Assembly (NCBI RefSeq): GCF_964194155.1
Contig: NC_135881.1
Location: 17,236,001-17,300,000, forward strand
Origin: Cetorhinus maximus
Lineage: Eukaryota
Length of the DNA: 64,000 nt
Reading direction: 5' to 3'
Every line of letters starts with the position of its first letter. Positions within the stretch are counted from its first letter, which is position 1. The notes beneath the pieces were generated by a model. The model was not told where the DNA came from and ran no database searches. It saw only the letters and a list, made by a program, of their open reading frames with translations. The translations under genes were made by a program, and so were the position numbers. This document shows, in pieces, positions 1 through 12,430 of this stretch.

Positions 1-249
1 TGCTGTTGGGGAGGGGAGGCTCATGGGAGTGGGGTTCAGGGGGAGGGGCTGTCAGGGGGAAGGGGGAGGGCTCCGGGGAGGGGGAGCTCGGGTCGGGGGT
101 GGGGGGGGTCAGGGGAGGTGGGGGGGAGGGCAGGGGAGGAGGAGTTGGGGGAGGGGGTGTCGGTGGAGGGGGCGTCGGGGGAAGATGGGGGCGGGGGTCG
201 GGGTAGTGGGGTCGGGGGGAGGGTGGGGGAGGGGGGTCGGGGGGAGGGG

Positions 250-1745
250 GGATGATTTCGAGTCCATCGCCGGCGGGGCAGCGAATGCCCTCCTGCGCCC
301 CACCCCGCCACCCCCCCCGCCACCCCACTGGGGGAATTCTGGGGGAGCCCCTCACCGAGGACGCGGGTCACCCTGTCAGAAGGGGGGGGTCCGTGAGCCG
401 CTCCTGTGCTGCCGGCCGACGACGGACCCCTTGTCTCGGACACAGAAGAAGCTCGTCGACTTCTTCTGGGACAAGTGGATGCGCCGGATCGCTGCCACGG
501 AGCTGCACCCCCACCCCCCGCATGAGGTGGGCGGTCAGGTGCTGTCCCACTGAAACCTGACCGAAAATCCATCTCCGGACCCTGCAGAGACCACCTTGAC
601 ATCGAGCCCCCTGCCCGACGGTGTGGCCCTGGCAACATGTTCCCCCTGCCGGGCCCACAGCCTCAGTTATGGCCTGCAGCTCGCGTTTGTAGGCCGGAGG
701 TTTTCTCAGTGCCTCTCTCTCTCTGAGGGAGTTGCCGGCCCTTTTACCGGGGCCTGATCGAGGCCTGGAACCTGGCTGCCTCGTGCCGGAGCTCCCTCCC
801 GCGTCTGGGAGCCGCCGCCACTCGGGGGGGTAACCACAGCTCCAGCCAGGAGGGTCCGGGACGCTGGCGTGAGCGGAGACGGGGACGTGGCAGGGGGAGC
901 AGGCCGGACGGCGCCCTTCGAACTGGCATGTCGGAAGCCCCCTCTGTGCCTTTTCGCTCGGCCTAGACCGGGAGGGGGTGGGGTTTCGGGCAGGGGCTGC
1001 TACTCCTGCTGCACACCCTCCCATCGTCCAGACATCCCCTACTGTCATCCGACAGTGGCAGGAGGGCTCTCTACATGGGAGTACCCCCCACCCTCCCCCC
1101 GGCCTTTCTATTGGGGGCTTGGCGAGGAGGTTGCTCCTGTAGTCCCGTACAAAGGCAGGTTGCAATGGTTCGCGGACTCCCAGGCTGCCTGTGTTTCCTG
1201 CGGCCCCAAGGAGTCCGCCTGCACCTAGGTTGTGGTAGCTCGCATCCCCCCCGTTTAGTTTCTCGAAGGAGTTACCCCTCAAGTTCTTGCTGCACTTCAG
1301 CCCCACGTGCCTAATCCTTGGTCACCCGGTGGGGAGGGGAGGGGAGGGGAGTGGGGGGGAGAAATGCAGTGACGGGGGTGGGGGGAGAACCTCCTCCTCA
1401 ACCTCCTCCCGGGCCTGGCCAAGTTGGCCATTAACCGGTCCAGGCAGCAGGTGGTTGAGGGCATTGTCCGGCCTGAGCGCCTGCCCCTCTCTCACGGCTA
1501 CGTTGGCGGCCGGGTGCCCTTAGAGAGGGGGCATGCGGTGTCCACTGGCACGCTTGAGGCCTCCGGTGGCTGGTGGGCACCACAGGGGCTGTGTGCATCA
1601 TAGGCCCCCAGAGTCACGTGGTAACTCGATTTAAGTTTCATTTAAGGTTCTGGTCACAGGGTCCCTTTAAGAGACCGCTCCCATAAATTGTTTAGTTTGG
1701 TTTCTTAATTTGTTATTTGTCCCTTTTTAATTCAAAAAATAAAAA
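250..1745 (+). mobile_element. Decayed Tx1-clade (L1 group) non-LTR retrotransposon, copy 1, internally deleted ORF2 3' half
   Basis: Fragments QKKLVDFFWDK (443-478), EVGGQVL, zinc-knuckle remnant DSQAACVSCGPKES (1175-1217), C-terminal WAPQGL (1574-1591), then an AT-rich 3'UTR ending in AAAAATAAAAAGAAG; many frameshifts. Confidence 0.8.
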
Positions 1746-3214
1746 GAAGCTCATCGACTTCTGCTGGGACCAAAAGGCTGAGGTACTGTATGTCCCGCCT
1801 GAGGAGGGCTGCTGTGCCCTCGCACCCAAGTGCTGGCTTTCCAGCTTCAGACCCCGTGGCCATACCTCCGCACCGAGCCCCCTCTCCGATGGTGAGGCCC
1901 CGGTGACGTATTTCACCCGCCGGGCCGCGCACGGTCTCAGTTATGACCTCGCAGCTCCTGTTTATAGAGCTGAGGGGGTCTCGGTGCCTCTCGAAGGAGT
2001 TGCCCGTCTGTCTTTTACTAGGAGCTGATCAAACGTGCGGAACGGTTACTCCGCCCCGGATCTCCCTTCCATCGGGAGCGGCGGCTGCTGTCGGAGAGCC
2101 GCCAGTCAGGAACCCGCGCCTCCACCAGCACAGGTTCGGGTGTCTGGGTTGGGGGGGTGGGGGGGGTGGTGGTGGGGGGAGCGGAGGACTCGGGCTGCTG
2201 GGTGGAAGAGGAGGGGGCCCGGAGGACACCGCGTGAACCGGCCTGTCGTGCATCGTTTGATGTCCAGCTCGTGGCCAAAGCCATCCACAGGCCTTAAAAC
2301 GGTGATGCCCGCCCGGCCCCGGGCTGGACCCGAGGTGTCCAGGTTCCCGAGCGTGCGGGTGGACTCCCGTCCGAACTGAAGCCCGTCCAGGCGGGATCGC
2401 GCAACGGCCCCGGGTCCCGAAACCTCCCTCGGGCCCCGCAATTTCAGCCCACCGTGCGGAGGTTCCCTCCGCGCCTTTTCCCTCTCTGCATGGGAGGGGT
2501 TCCCTGTCCCGGCTGCTGCCTCACACCCCTCGGCTCCTCACCCTCGCCAGCCGTCCGGACAGGGTACGGTGGTTCCGTCCTGCCCGCCGGCAGTGGCAGG
2601 GGTCCCCAGCAGAGAGCTCTGTACGTGGGGAGCCCTCTCCCTTCCCGTGGCCGTGCACCGGTAGCTTACGATGGGTTACGGACTCTCAGGCCACCTGTAT
2701 TTTCTGCAGCCTCCAGGAGTCCGTGTTCCATGTTTATGTCGATTGTACAAGGCTGCAGCCCCTTTCGGACGATTTGACGATTGAGGCTGCTCCTCAATTT
2801 CTGGTTGCACCTCAGCCCCCCCAACCCCCGGGCTCCTCTGTTTCTCGGCCGCCTGGGGCAGGGCGGAGGGCATCCTGGTCACTCTGCTCCTGGGCCTGGC
2901 CAAGTCCGGGTCCGGGCAGTGGGCAGTTGAGGGGGTCGTCCAGCCCAACTGTCTGCCTCTCTTCTGCGGCCACGTTCACGCCCGTGTGTCCCTGGAGAGG
3001 GACCACGCAACGTCTGCTGGTACACTTGACCCATGACATGTGGGCACCGCAGGGGCTGGAGACAATAATCAGCCCCGGAAATAACACTTTCATTTAGTTT
3101 CCGTAAGTTTCCTTTAAGATTTTTTCACTTTGTTACAGTGCCCCTTTAAGGGGCTATTTCCTTGTTAATTAGCCTGTTAGTTTATTTGATTGGCCTATTG
3201 TTCTATTAAAAGAG
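1744..3214 (+). mobile_element. Decayed Tx1-clade retrotransposon, copy 2 (ORF2 3' half plus 3'UTR)
   Basis: KKLIDFCWDQKAEVLYVPPEEG at 1744; CCHC knuckle DSQATCIFCSLQESVFHVYVDCTRLQPL (~2680-2765); terminus WAPQGLETIISPGNNTFI* (3041-3097); 3'UTR similar to copy 1, ending TTAAAAGAG. Confidence 0.82.
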
Positions 3215-3284
3215 TGTCACGGGGTTACATGGGAGGCTGACCTCTGGAAGGCTACATCCTGTGAATCGAGGAGTGAGGAGGTTT

Positions 3285-4955
3285 TGTTTTTAATTCATTC
3301 GCGGTGTGTGGATGTCGCTGGCTGGGTCAGCATTTATTGCCCATCCCTAGTTGCCCTTGAGAAGGTGGTGGTGAGCTGCCTTCTTGAACCGCTGCAGTCC
3401 ATGTAGTGTAGGTACTCCCACAGTGCTGTTACGAAGCGAGTTCCAGGATTTTGATCCAGCGACAGTGAAGGAATGGCGATATATTTCCAAGTCAGGATGG
3501 TGATACTTGGAGGGGAACTTCCAGGTGGTGGTGTTCCCATCTATCTGCTGCCCTTGTCCTTCTAGATGGTAGTGGTCATGGATTGGAAGGTGCTGTCGAA
3601 GGAGCCATGGTGAATTCCTGCAGTGCATCTTGTAAATGGTACACACTGCTGCTACTGTGCGTCCGTGGTGGAGGGAGTGAATGTTTGTGGGTGTGTCAAT
3701 CAAGCGGGCTGCTTTGTCCTCAACGATGTCCAGCTTCTTGAGTGTTGTGGGAGCTGCACTCATCCAGGCAAGTGGGGAGTATTCCATCACACTCCGGACT
3801 TGTGCCTTGTAGATGGTGGTCAGGCTATGGGGAGTCAGAAGGTGAGTTACTTGTCGCATGATTTCTAGCCTCTGACCTGCTCTTGTAGCCACAGTATTTA
3901 TATGGCTAGTCCAGTTCAGTTTCTGGTCAATGGTAACCCCCAGGTTGTTGATAGTGGGGGATTCAGTGATGGTAATGCCATTGAATGTCAAGGGATGATG
4001 GTTGGATTCTCTTGTTGGAGATGGTCATTGCCTGACACTTGTGTGGCGCGAATGTTACTTGTCACTTGTCATCCCAAGCCTGGATATTGTTCAGGTCTTG
4101 ATGCATTTGGACATGGACTGCTTCAGTATCTGAGGAGTCTCGAATTGTGCTGAACATTGTGCAATCATCAGCGAACATCCCCACTTCTGACCTTATGATG
4201 GAAGGAAGGTCATTGATGAAGCAGCTGAAGATGGTTGGGCTGAATACACAACCCTGAGGACCTCCTGCAGTGATGTCCTGGAGCTGAGATGAGTGACCTC
4301 CAACGACCACAACCATCTTCCTTTGTGCTCGGTATGACTCCAGCAGAGAGTTTTACCCCTGATTCCCATTGACTCCAGTTTTGCTAGGGCTCCTTGATGC
4401 CACACTCGGTCAAATGCAGCCTTGGTGTCAAGGGCAGTCACTCTCACCTCACCTCGGGAGTTCAGCTCTTTTGTCCATGTTTGAACCAAGGCTGTAATGA
4501 GATCAGGAGCTGAGTGGCCCTGGGCGGAACACAAACTGGGCGTCAGTGAGCAGGTTATTGCAAATCAAGTGCTGCTTGATAGCACTGTTAATGACCCCTT
4601 CCATTACTTTACTGATGATCGAGAGTAGACTGATGGGGCAGTAACTGGCCGGGTTGGATTTGTCCTGCTTTTTATGATCAGGACATACCTGGTCAATTTC
4701 CCACAAACCCAGGTTGATGCCAGTGTTGTAACTGTTCTGGAACAGGTTGGCTAGGGGCATGGCAGGCTCTGGAGCACAAGTCTTCAGTACTGTTGCTGGA
4801 ATATTGTCAGGGCCCATAGCCTTTGAAGTATCCAGTGCCTTCAGCCGTTTCTTGATATCACGTGGAGTAAATCGAATTGACTGAAGACTGGCATCTGTGA
4901 TAGGGATATTTGTGGAGCCTCCTCCTCCAGTGAGTTGTTTGTCCACCACCGTTCA
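3285..4955 (-). mobile_element. 5'-truncated CR1/L2-group LINE, RT domain to 3' tail (frameshifted)
   Basis: ORF pieces KAMGPDNIP, KQDKSNPASYCPISLLSIISKVME, ALDTKAAFDRVWH, PQGCVFSPTIFSCFIND, MFADDCT, YKAQVRSVMEY, QRFKKAAHHHLLKGN*, followed by the family tail GGATGGGCAATAAATGCT. Confidence 0.93.
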
Positions 4956-5029
4956 TGGCTGGAAGGTTTGGGAGGATTGGCTCTGCAACTCCATCAACTA
5001 AGTTAGGAATTCAAGCAACCAACATCCTG

Positions 5030-5395
5030 CGAATTGGAGGCCCCGCCCTCCCGAACTGGAGCCCCTGCCCTCCGGAACTGGAGCCCCTGTCCTCCCGAAC
5101 TGGAGCCCCCGCCCTCCCGAACTGGAGCCCCCGCCCTCCCGAACTGGAGCCCCCGCCCTCCCGAACCGGAGCCCCCGCCCTCCGAACCGGAGCCCCCACC
5201 CTCCCGAACCGGAGCCCCCGCCCTCCCGAACCGGAGCCCCCGCCCTCCCGAACCGGAGCCCCCGCCCTCCCGAATTGGAGCCCCCGCCCTCCGAATTGGA
5301 GCCCCCGCCCCCTGAATTGGAGACCCCGCCCCCTGAATTGGAGACCCCGCCTTCCCGAATTGGAGCCCCCGCCCCCCGAATTGGAGCCCCTGCCT
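5030..5395. repeat. GC-rich minisatellite, 21-22-bp unit GAA(C/T)(T/C)GGAGCCCCCGCCCTCCC
   Basis: About 16-17 directly visible tandem units. Confidence 0.97.
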
Positions 5396-5869
5396 ACACT
5401 AAATGAAAAGATATACTGATTCTGAGCTAGAGCAAACTCACTGTCTGGAATCCTCCATTCTGGGGTCTAAGTTCAGTGGGGGGGTGGCGGGTAAACGGGA
5501 GTGATTCCTGCTGGAGGCTGGGATGGTCTTTCACCACTCAGCCCATCTGCATCGGCGAGGAACTTGCCGAATCTCACGGTGGGGACGGACAGGAAGTCAC
5601 CGTCCCTGCTGTAACCTCACGGGGATCGAAGGTTACGGGGAGAAGGCGGGAGAATGGGGTTGAGAAACTTATCAGCCATGATTGAATGGCGGAGCAGACT
5701 CGATGGGCCGATTGGCCTAATTTCTGCTCCTATGTCTTCTGGTCTTATGGTGCAGACGCCATAGTTAAAGGTCGCCTGGGCAGCCATTCACCCGCTGCAA
5801 TCCAGGAGCATCAGCCAGGAGCTGTCTTGCAAGGCTGCACCAAAGAGACTTTCCCCAGGGTGGACAACG

Positions 5870-7735
5870 TGCAAACACACGGTTCACTGAAGCCTCCCTG
5901 GAGATTCTGCTCCAGGTCGTCCAGCAGCGGCGGCAGGGGCTGTTTCTCCAGGATGGCGGCAGGAGGCTCTTCCACCTGGACCATGGCGGCCTGGACGGAG
6001 GTTGCCGTGGCGATCGCGCCAGTGGGGGCCAGCATAGGAATGCCCAGCAGTGTCGCAAGAGGATGAACAATCTGCTGTGCCCTGCCAGAGTAAAGGGCAC
6101 CATCTACTCATTGCAGACCGGCACTCGTAAGGGCGTTGGGCAGTGGAAGTGTGAGAGTGCACAGGGATAGCAGACTGCAGTCACCAGCAGATGGGACACA
6201 TGCACTGACTGTACCAGCCACATCGCGCTCCCAATCTTCGATCAGAGCCAGGACGTCCTGTTTGTTAATCACTTACTGGGGAGGACTCAGCAGCTGCCAA
6301 ATGTATGCACGCTCCTAAACTGCTCATGCATCCATAGGGATGACACTCAATCCTTCGCTGTCTGTCTGCAGGACAGAAACACCCACGATAAGTGGAGCAG
6401 GCCAAAACCAAAGGCGGCATTCCAGGCATTCGAATCCTGAGATAACCGGGAAGGAGCAAGACCTGTGCATTGTGCTGAAGGCGAGATAGGGCTCTCCTGA
6501 GAAGCCAATGAGGATGCTTCCAGTCTGCAGCTGTCAGATGCTCCTACAATAACATATTTCTTTATTTAAGGAGCCTGCTCAGGCATCCACTAAATCTTTC
6601 ATTTTCCCCACTCCAGGTACCAGCAAGAAAAGGGGGAGGCCCACAATGGAGACCAGCCACAGCTCCATCTCCATCTCCACCTTTGAGGAGGATGCTTCAG
6701 AAGCCTCAGAGGGTGGACCGTCACGGAGTTCACCTGCACCCTCCACCAGCACAGATACATTCACCTTAGTGAGTGCACGGTCTAGAGTAAGCTCAGGATT
6801 ACAGTCTGGTGAGCACATGACAGACACGGGTCTACAGCTGGTGAAGGAAGTCACTTCGAGGTCTCTGACACGCGGAGGACTGCTGGAGACCAGACCCCTG
6901 CTCAGCCCCATGCAGATGACGAGCCTCTGGACTGTTGGAGATGCAGAGACAGGCAAGGAAACATAAGGCAGAGATAGAACCATAGAACACTACAGCACAG
7001 AAAACAGGCCATTCGGCTCTTCTAGTCTGTGCCGAAATATTATTCCACTAGTTCCAATGACCTGCACCTAGTCCAGATGCTCGAGGCCATGCACAGACTG
7101 GATCAAAGGCTGGAGGAGCCCATCCACGTTCTGTCTGTTGTCGTGCTTCCAGCATGTGAGTGCTTGGCTGCCTCCATGGGAAGGGTGGCGGCCATCTTGT
7201 GGAGACCCAGCTCCAGCAGAAGACGCTGTGGCTGCCGGGCCTGCACTCCGTCGTTCTAGCCATCGGTGCAGTGCAGCCGTGGCTAGGTGAGAAGGGGACG
7301 AGGCACCTCGAACTCCCTCCGGGTGCCCCTTCTCCCTCCGGATGTCAACATGGTGCCATGGGGCACCCACAGGGAGGAGGACTGCCAGCCAGTCACCTGG
7401 GGGGGGGGGGGCTTCATTCCCAGACACTCCAACGGTGCCTGACACTCCACCCACCCTCCCTCCGCCCGCGACCTCATCGCCTTCAGCAGGTCAGGCACCT
7501 GTACCTGAACAGGAAACCCCGAGCAGGCCGGGTGCTCGAGATCTCAGGGCCACCAGAGGATGCACGCCAAAGTCATCACTACCAAACAGAGTATAACTGT
7601 CAACAAGCTGCCTCTACCTGTGGATGTCGAGGCTGCACTTAGACCTAATGGTAGGCAAAGATTAAGAAGTTTGAAGCCACACAGGTGGCACTGGTGTACA
7701 AACATCGCATATAATTTTGGCACTTGTAAATAAAT
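5870..7735 (+). pseudogene. Harbinger Myb/SANT-like DNA-binding protein gene (3 exons), left arm, decayed
   Basis: Exon 1 RFTEASLEILLQVVQQRRQGLF..AWTEVAVAI..NAQQCRKRMNNLL with donor after 6089; exon 2 acceptor CTGCAG at 6371; exon 3 acceptor CTCCAG at 6616 (acidic Ser/Pro-rich region); AATAAA near 7729; frameshifts and a CR1 tail inserted at ~6970-7070. Confidence 0.85.
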
Positions 7736-8365
7736 GTTCACTTGCGTTGTTTGGAAGGTTCCTGGATTCCATCTCCCTGCTAGTTCCCATTTGTGCATGA
7801 TTAAGCGCTGGCTATCATTTGAGAGTATGTGACCTGGGCATGCATCATGTAAGGTAGTACTTGCAGCTCACCACATCCTGACCTCTGAAAATGTAGCAGT
7901 AAGGTCACTGCATCTCCTGCTGTTGCCCTGATGCAGGATTTGAGCGGAATCAAGGAGTACTCAAGGAGGGGGGGTTAAAACTGCTCTGTGAGTGGCGAGG
8001 AACACTGTAGATGCAATGTTCAGGATTGAAAGAGTGAAGCTCCACACGGCCTGATGAACAGCAGAAAACCAGAGACTTCCCTACATGTTTTGAGAAAGCC
8101 GTGGTTAGCATAAACATACGCATTTGGAGCAGGAGTAGGCCACTCGGCCCCTCGTCCCTGCTCCACCGTTCAATAAGATCATGTCTGATCTGATTGTAAC
8201 CTCCCACCTACCCCCGATAACCTTTCAATAACTGAGCCTCACAGGCCACAGCCTCCACCATGGGTAGAGCAAGGAGGCAGGTCCTGACTCCAACCCGGCC
8301 GCAATAGGAACTGAATTAGCACCAATCTGAACCACACCAGTACATCCAGCCAACTCAGCCAACTG

Positions 8366-9615
8366 ACATGTCCAATCTTTAATGGCCTTCCTTGCTGATT
8401 TGTCACTTTGAGCTAACATGCAGGTGAAGGCTGCAAATAAGGAGGCAAAGAGCAAGTTAGCTTTGACTGTTAGAGAGATTTTGTGCAGGATTTAAGAGGT
8501 GTGTGTGCAGTTGACTGAAGCCTTTATCAGACCTCACATGGAGATTTGTTTGGCCTGCTCATCTCCTTATCAAGGGTTGCAGTAGACCTCGCATAAAGGG
8601 TTTGCAACCAAAGTGCATTGGGCCTCATTGAAGGACCAGCGTCTTAGTCCACGAGGTGAGAGAGAGTAGAATAGGCCTGTGTGCTGGACTGTGCTGGGAA
8701 CTATGAGGTTATCCATGTGAAGTAACAGCAGCTCTAACAGGGCTGTGCAGGGTCCATGTAGAAAAGATGTTTACCTCGGCTAGGGTGTCGAGAATGACTG
8801 ATCACGGTCTCACACTAACACTAAGGCCATCTCAGAGTGCTTGCTACTCAGCAACCCATAGTGCAGGTGAGGCACTCTCAGGGAATGGATTCAAAAGTAA
8901 CCCTGAAACTCTTCAGCATGATAAAGATGTCATGGGATATGGGTTTACTGTGGGCGAATGGCAATTGGGGGGCAGGAACACGATCCTCCCTTATCAATCT
9001 GCATGGAGGAGCGATCTCGAGGGGCCAAATGGTGTTCTCATGCTGCTCCTGACTCTGCGCCCATCTATCTGGTTCTGCCTGTAAGAGCTCTCTGCCAGGT
9101 CTGCCCCCCCATTGGGAGCAGAGGGTGACATGAGCACATCCCTGCTGAGGTAAGATTTGACATTACTTCCAAGTTGCCATGCACATGGACTTTGTGAGGA
9201 GACAGGAAAAATCTCAATACTGCATACAGGTGCCCGAGGTCATGGGAGAATGGAGTGCTTTGCAGGTTCTAAAGCACACATTTAGCGCTAGGGCTCTGTA
9301 TTTGAGCACAGTTTGGCGCATGCAAAGGATCAACCCACCAGCAGGGCAAATATTAAGTAGTGCAATTTAATTCAGCTATCATAAATCAAGGCACATCAGA
9401 GAAAAATAATGCCTGGAACCAAAAAAGGTGCTGGGGCCTTCCGGCCAGCTGAGGTTAGAAAACCAAAATGTTCAACAAATGTGGCAGCAGCTCACTCTGC
9501 CTGGAATCTGGTAGCTATCAGATTGGAACAGGCCCGTCTACCACATCATTCCCCTGCTAAGGCCTCTTCATGTGGCTTGGTGACATCCTGGCCCTCGTCA
9601 GCTCCATTCCCTTCA
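8366..9615. repeat. Left copy of ~1.25-kb near-identical inverted repeat (partner 12318-13562)
   Basis: Base-by-base reverse complement; 8 differences counted in a 255-bp sample (9361-9615); the same spurious ORFs appear on opposite strands (8767+/13165-, 9179+/12754-). Confidence 0.97.
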
Positions 9616-10260
9616 CTGTCCTCATCGTTGGGAAAGACATCTCAGCCCTTCATGGATCCTCAGCCAAGACATCCTTTGTAGTGCAAGGCTGGGCAGGGTA
9701 CAGCAGGGAACGCTGATCTGAGAGACTCTCTGTGGTGAGTATTAGAGTGCCCTCCTGAACCGTTGAAACGTCATAACCTCATCTTCGGGGGGCCTGTCGT
9801 CTGCTCAGTGATGGAGCTAGTGGAGGCATGTGTGGCACCATACCTCTCCTCAGCAGCACCCCGCAGAGAGCAAATTGGCATCATCAGCCAGGATTTCTGG
9901 GGGTATCCCTTATCCCCAAGGAGCCAGCCCTGCTACCCCTGAGGTACTTCAAAATGCTGTAGCACCTGGGAGTGGGTCAGGATGTAGATCTCATAAGAGC
10001 TCCCTAGAAACTGAGCACAAACATTCAAAATTTGTCTTCTGTGATCACATATCAGCTACATGTTCCAAGAGTGGGAACCTTTCCTATTGATGAATATGAC
10101 TGGCTGTTGCCAGAGAACTCTCAAGGCCACGTGTGCAGTCAGTATCATCTTGCGCTTGTGTGGCACCTGAGACTGCTGCAAATCCCAACGCTTTTGCAGT
10201 CTGACTTTTGAGATCCAGTAGGAGTTGGACAAACTGGTGCGCTCTCCCGAACGGCGTAGG
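9515..10260 (-). pseudogene. HARBI1-type Harbinger DDE transposase remnant, left arm
   Basis: ALGFAAVSG..DTDCT, HVALRV..FINRKGSHSWNM*LICDHRRQILNVCAQFLGSSYEIYIL, WLLGDKGYPQKSWLMMP, GSGGAL*YSPQRVS; N-terminal HTH region missing where a LINE fragment lies. Confidence 0.9.
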
Positions 10261-10261
10261 G

Positions 10262-10700
10262 GGAGGGGGGGGGTGGGTACATGGTAATCTGCAGGAGGTT
10301 TCCTTGCCCATGTTTGACCTGATGCCATGAGACTTCATTGGATCCAGAATCGATGTTGAGGACTCCCAGGGCAACTCCCTCTTGACAGTATACCACTATG
10401 CTGCCACCTCTGCTGGGCCTGTCCTGCCGGTGGGACAGGACATACCCTGGTGGTGTTGGTGGTGTCTGGGACATTATCTGTAAGGTATGATTCCGTGAGA
10501 ATGACCATGTCAGGCTGTTGCTTGACTAGTCTGTGAGACGGCTCTCCCAATTTTGGCACTAGCCCCCTGATGTTAGTAAGGAGGACTTTTCAGGGTCGAC
10601 AGGGCTGAGTTTGCCGTTGTCATTTCTGCTGCCTATGTTGATGCCGGGTGGTCCATCCGGTTTCACTCCTTTCTAGCAGTTTGATACAACTGAGATGGGC
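10262..10700 (-). mobile_element. LINE fragment (APE endonuclease N-terminus), probably the same family as 3285-4955
   Basis: PKLGEPSHRLVKQQPDMVILTESYLTDNVPD, PGYVLSHRQDRPSRGGSIVVY, VSWHQVKHGQGNLLQITMYPP. Confidence 0.85.
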
Positions 10701-11297
10701 ACTCCTCAGTTGCGTTCTCCTCTCTATGGTGAAGCCCACATTGCAGCAAGTTTGTTCCCAACTCGTGGGTCTCACAGCATTGAGATCCCAGCAAAGTGTG
10801 GAGCTGCTGTTCATTCTGTACGATTTGCCATCTGCTACAGTCAGATGAAGGGAGAGAGGGAGGTGGAACACCTGCAAGGGCATGAAACTCGCGACTTCAA
10901 ACCTCCATCCTCTCGTGTGAATGGTCATGGCTGACGAGAGATTGTGCAGTTAGTCTTTCTATGCTGCCAAGACAATGGTCTCTCTATAGAGTCTCAAGGG
11001 TGTTGGAGGCAAGCAGAATAGTGTCAGAGGATGGATTCTTGCGCATGGCTTTCATCACGCTGTCCAAAGAGCAAAGTATCCATACACATTCATGTATGAT
11101 TGGGAGGAACATCCATCTCTGGTCCTTCAGGATGTCCTTTACCTGGAAGTGATGGGGAGGGGCTGCCATGTCTAAACAGAGGCCAGGTGAAGGACTTGGC
11201 ACTTGCCTGTTGGCTTTGAGATGGAGGAAAACCTGTAAAGGACATGCTCCCTTAATGTATCATTTCAATTTGTTCACAGATTCACTGAGACATTGAT

Positions 11298-12430
11298 GAT
11301 GCAGGCTGCAGGCAACCCTGCCTTCCTATTGGCTCTCATCCAGATGTGGAGAAGGAGGGCCCATCGCTGGTTGGCACAGGGCCAGGAGAGCAACAGCCTG
11401 AGCAGCAGGACCTCTATAAGGTCAAGGTGCTGGTGAACAGGGTCCAATGCAATGGGGAGCATTGACCTGACCACAGGTGTATTGCAGGTGGTGCTCTTAT
11501 ATACAACTGAGTGAAAAGCAATGACAGAGTCACCTTCAGATGTCCCAGAACGTGGTTACTTACATCTTCCAGCTTCTCCGTGATGACTTGTGGCCACAAA
11601 GACTTGGATGGAATCACATGCCAGTGGCATTAAAGGTCATCACCACCTTGAACTTCTTTGCCAGTGGCTCCTTCCAGGGCTCCACTGCAGACATGTGCAG
11701 CATCTCCCAGTCAGCAACTGAGAGGTGACAGCTGCCCTATTCAGGAGAGCACACCAATTTGTCTAATTCTGACTGGATCCCGAAAGCCAGGCCACAAGAG
11801 CATTGGGATTTGTAGCAAATTCAGGTTTCCTGTAAGTGCAAGGGGCCACTGACTATAGGCATGTGGCCTTGAGAGTACCCTGGCAACAGCCAGTCACAAT
11901 TCCTCAATAGAAATTGAACATGTAGCTGATATGTGATCACAGAAAGCAAATCTTGCATGTTTGTGCTCAGTTCCCAGGAAGCTCTCACGACACCTACATT
12001 CTGACCCACTCCCAGGTGCCACAGGTTTTTTAAGAGCTTTGGTGATTATAGGGCTAGCTCCTTGGGGACTGGGCTAATGACACCAGTTCGCCATCTGCAG
12101 AGTGCTACTGAGCAGAGGTACAATGACGCTCATGCCTCCACAAGGTCCAGGATTGAGCAGATGATGGGCCTCCTAGCAGACCACTCAGGTGGGGCTCTCC
12201 AATACTCACCACAGGGTATGTCCTGGATGATCGGTGTCTGCTACGCCCTGCCACAGTGGGATATCTTGGCTGAGGGAGACATGGGGGACCGAGATGTCTC
12301 CTCCATCACGGGGGACGTTGAAGGGAATGGAGCTGACGACGGCCAGGATGTCACCAAGCCACATGCAGAGGCCTTAGCAGGGGAATGATGTGGTAGACGG
12401 GCCTGTTCCAATCTGATAGCTACCAGATTC
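11298..12430 (+). pseudogene. HARBI1-type Harbinger DDE transposase, right arm, near full-length but disrupted
   Basis: MPVALKVITTLNFFASGSFQGSTADMCSISQSA, GFL*VQGATDYRHVALRVP, LICDHRKQILHVCAQFPGSSHDTYIL, LMTPVRH..EQRYNDAHASTRSRIEQMMGLL, DHSGGALQYSP; stops, deletions and frameshifts. Confidence 0.93.

Noticed and set aside
6-3097. Overlapping GC-rich ORFs as host genes
   Set aside because: Explained by stop-poor GC-rich sequence and Tx1 remnants.
4955-5419. Pro-rich repetitive ORFs, and the Gly-rich ORFs at 38535-38971
   Set aside because: Minisatellite translations with unit lengths not constrained to multiples of 3.
11298-12430. Host domesticated HARBI1 gene
   Set aside because: Stops, frameshifts and deletions through catalytic motifs, and paired with a transposon-type Myb gene; this is a transposon fossil.
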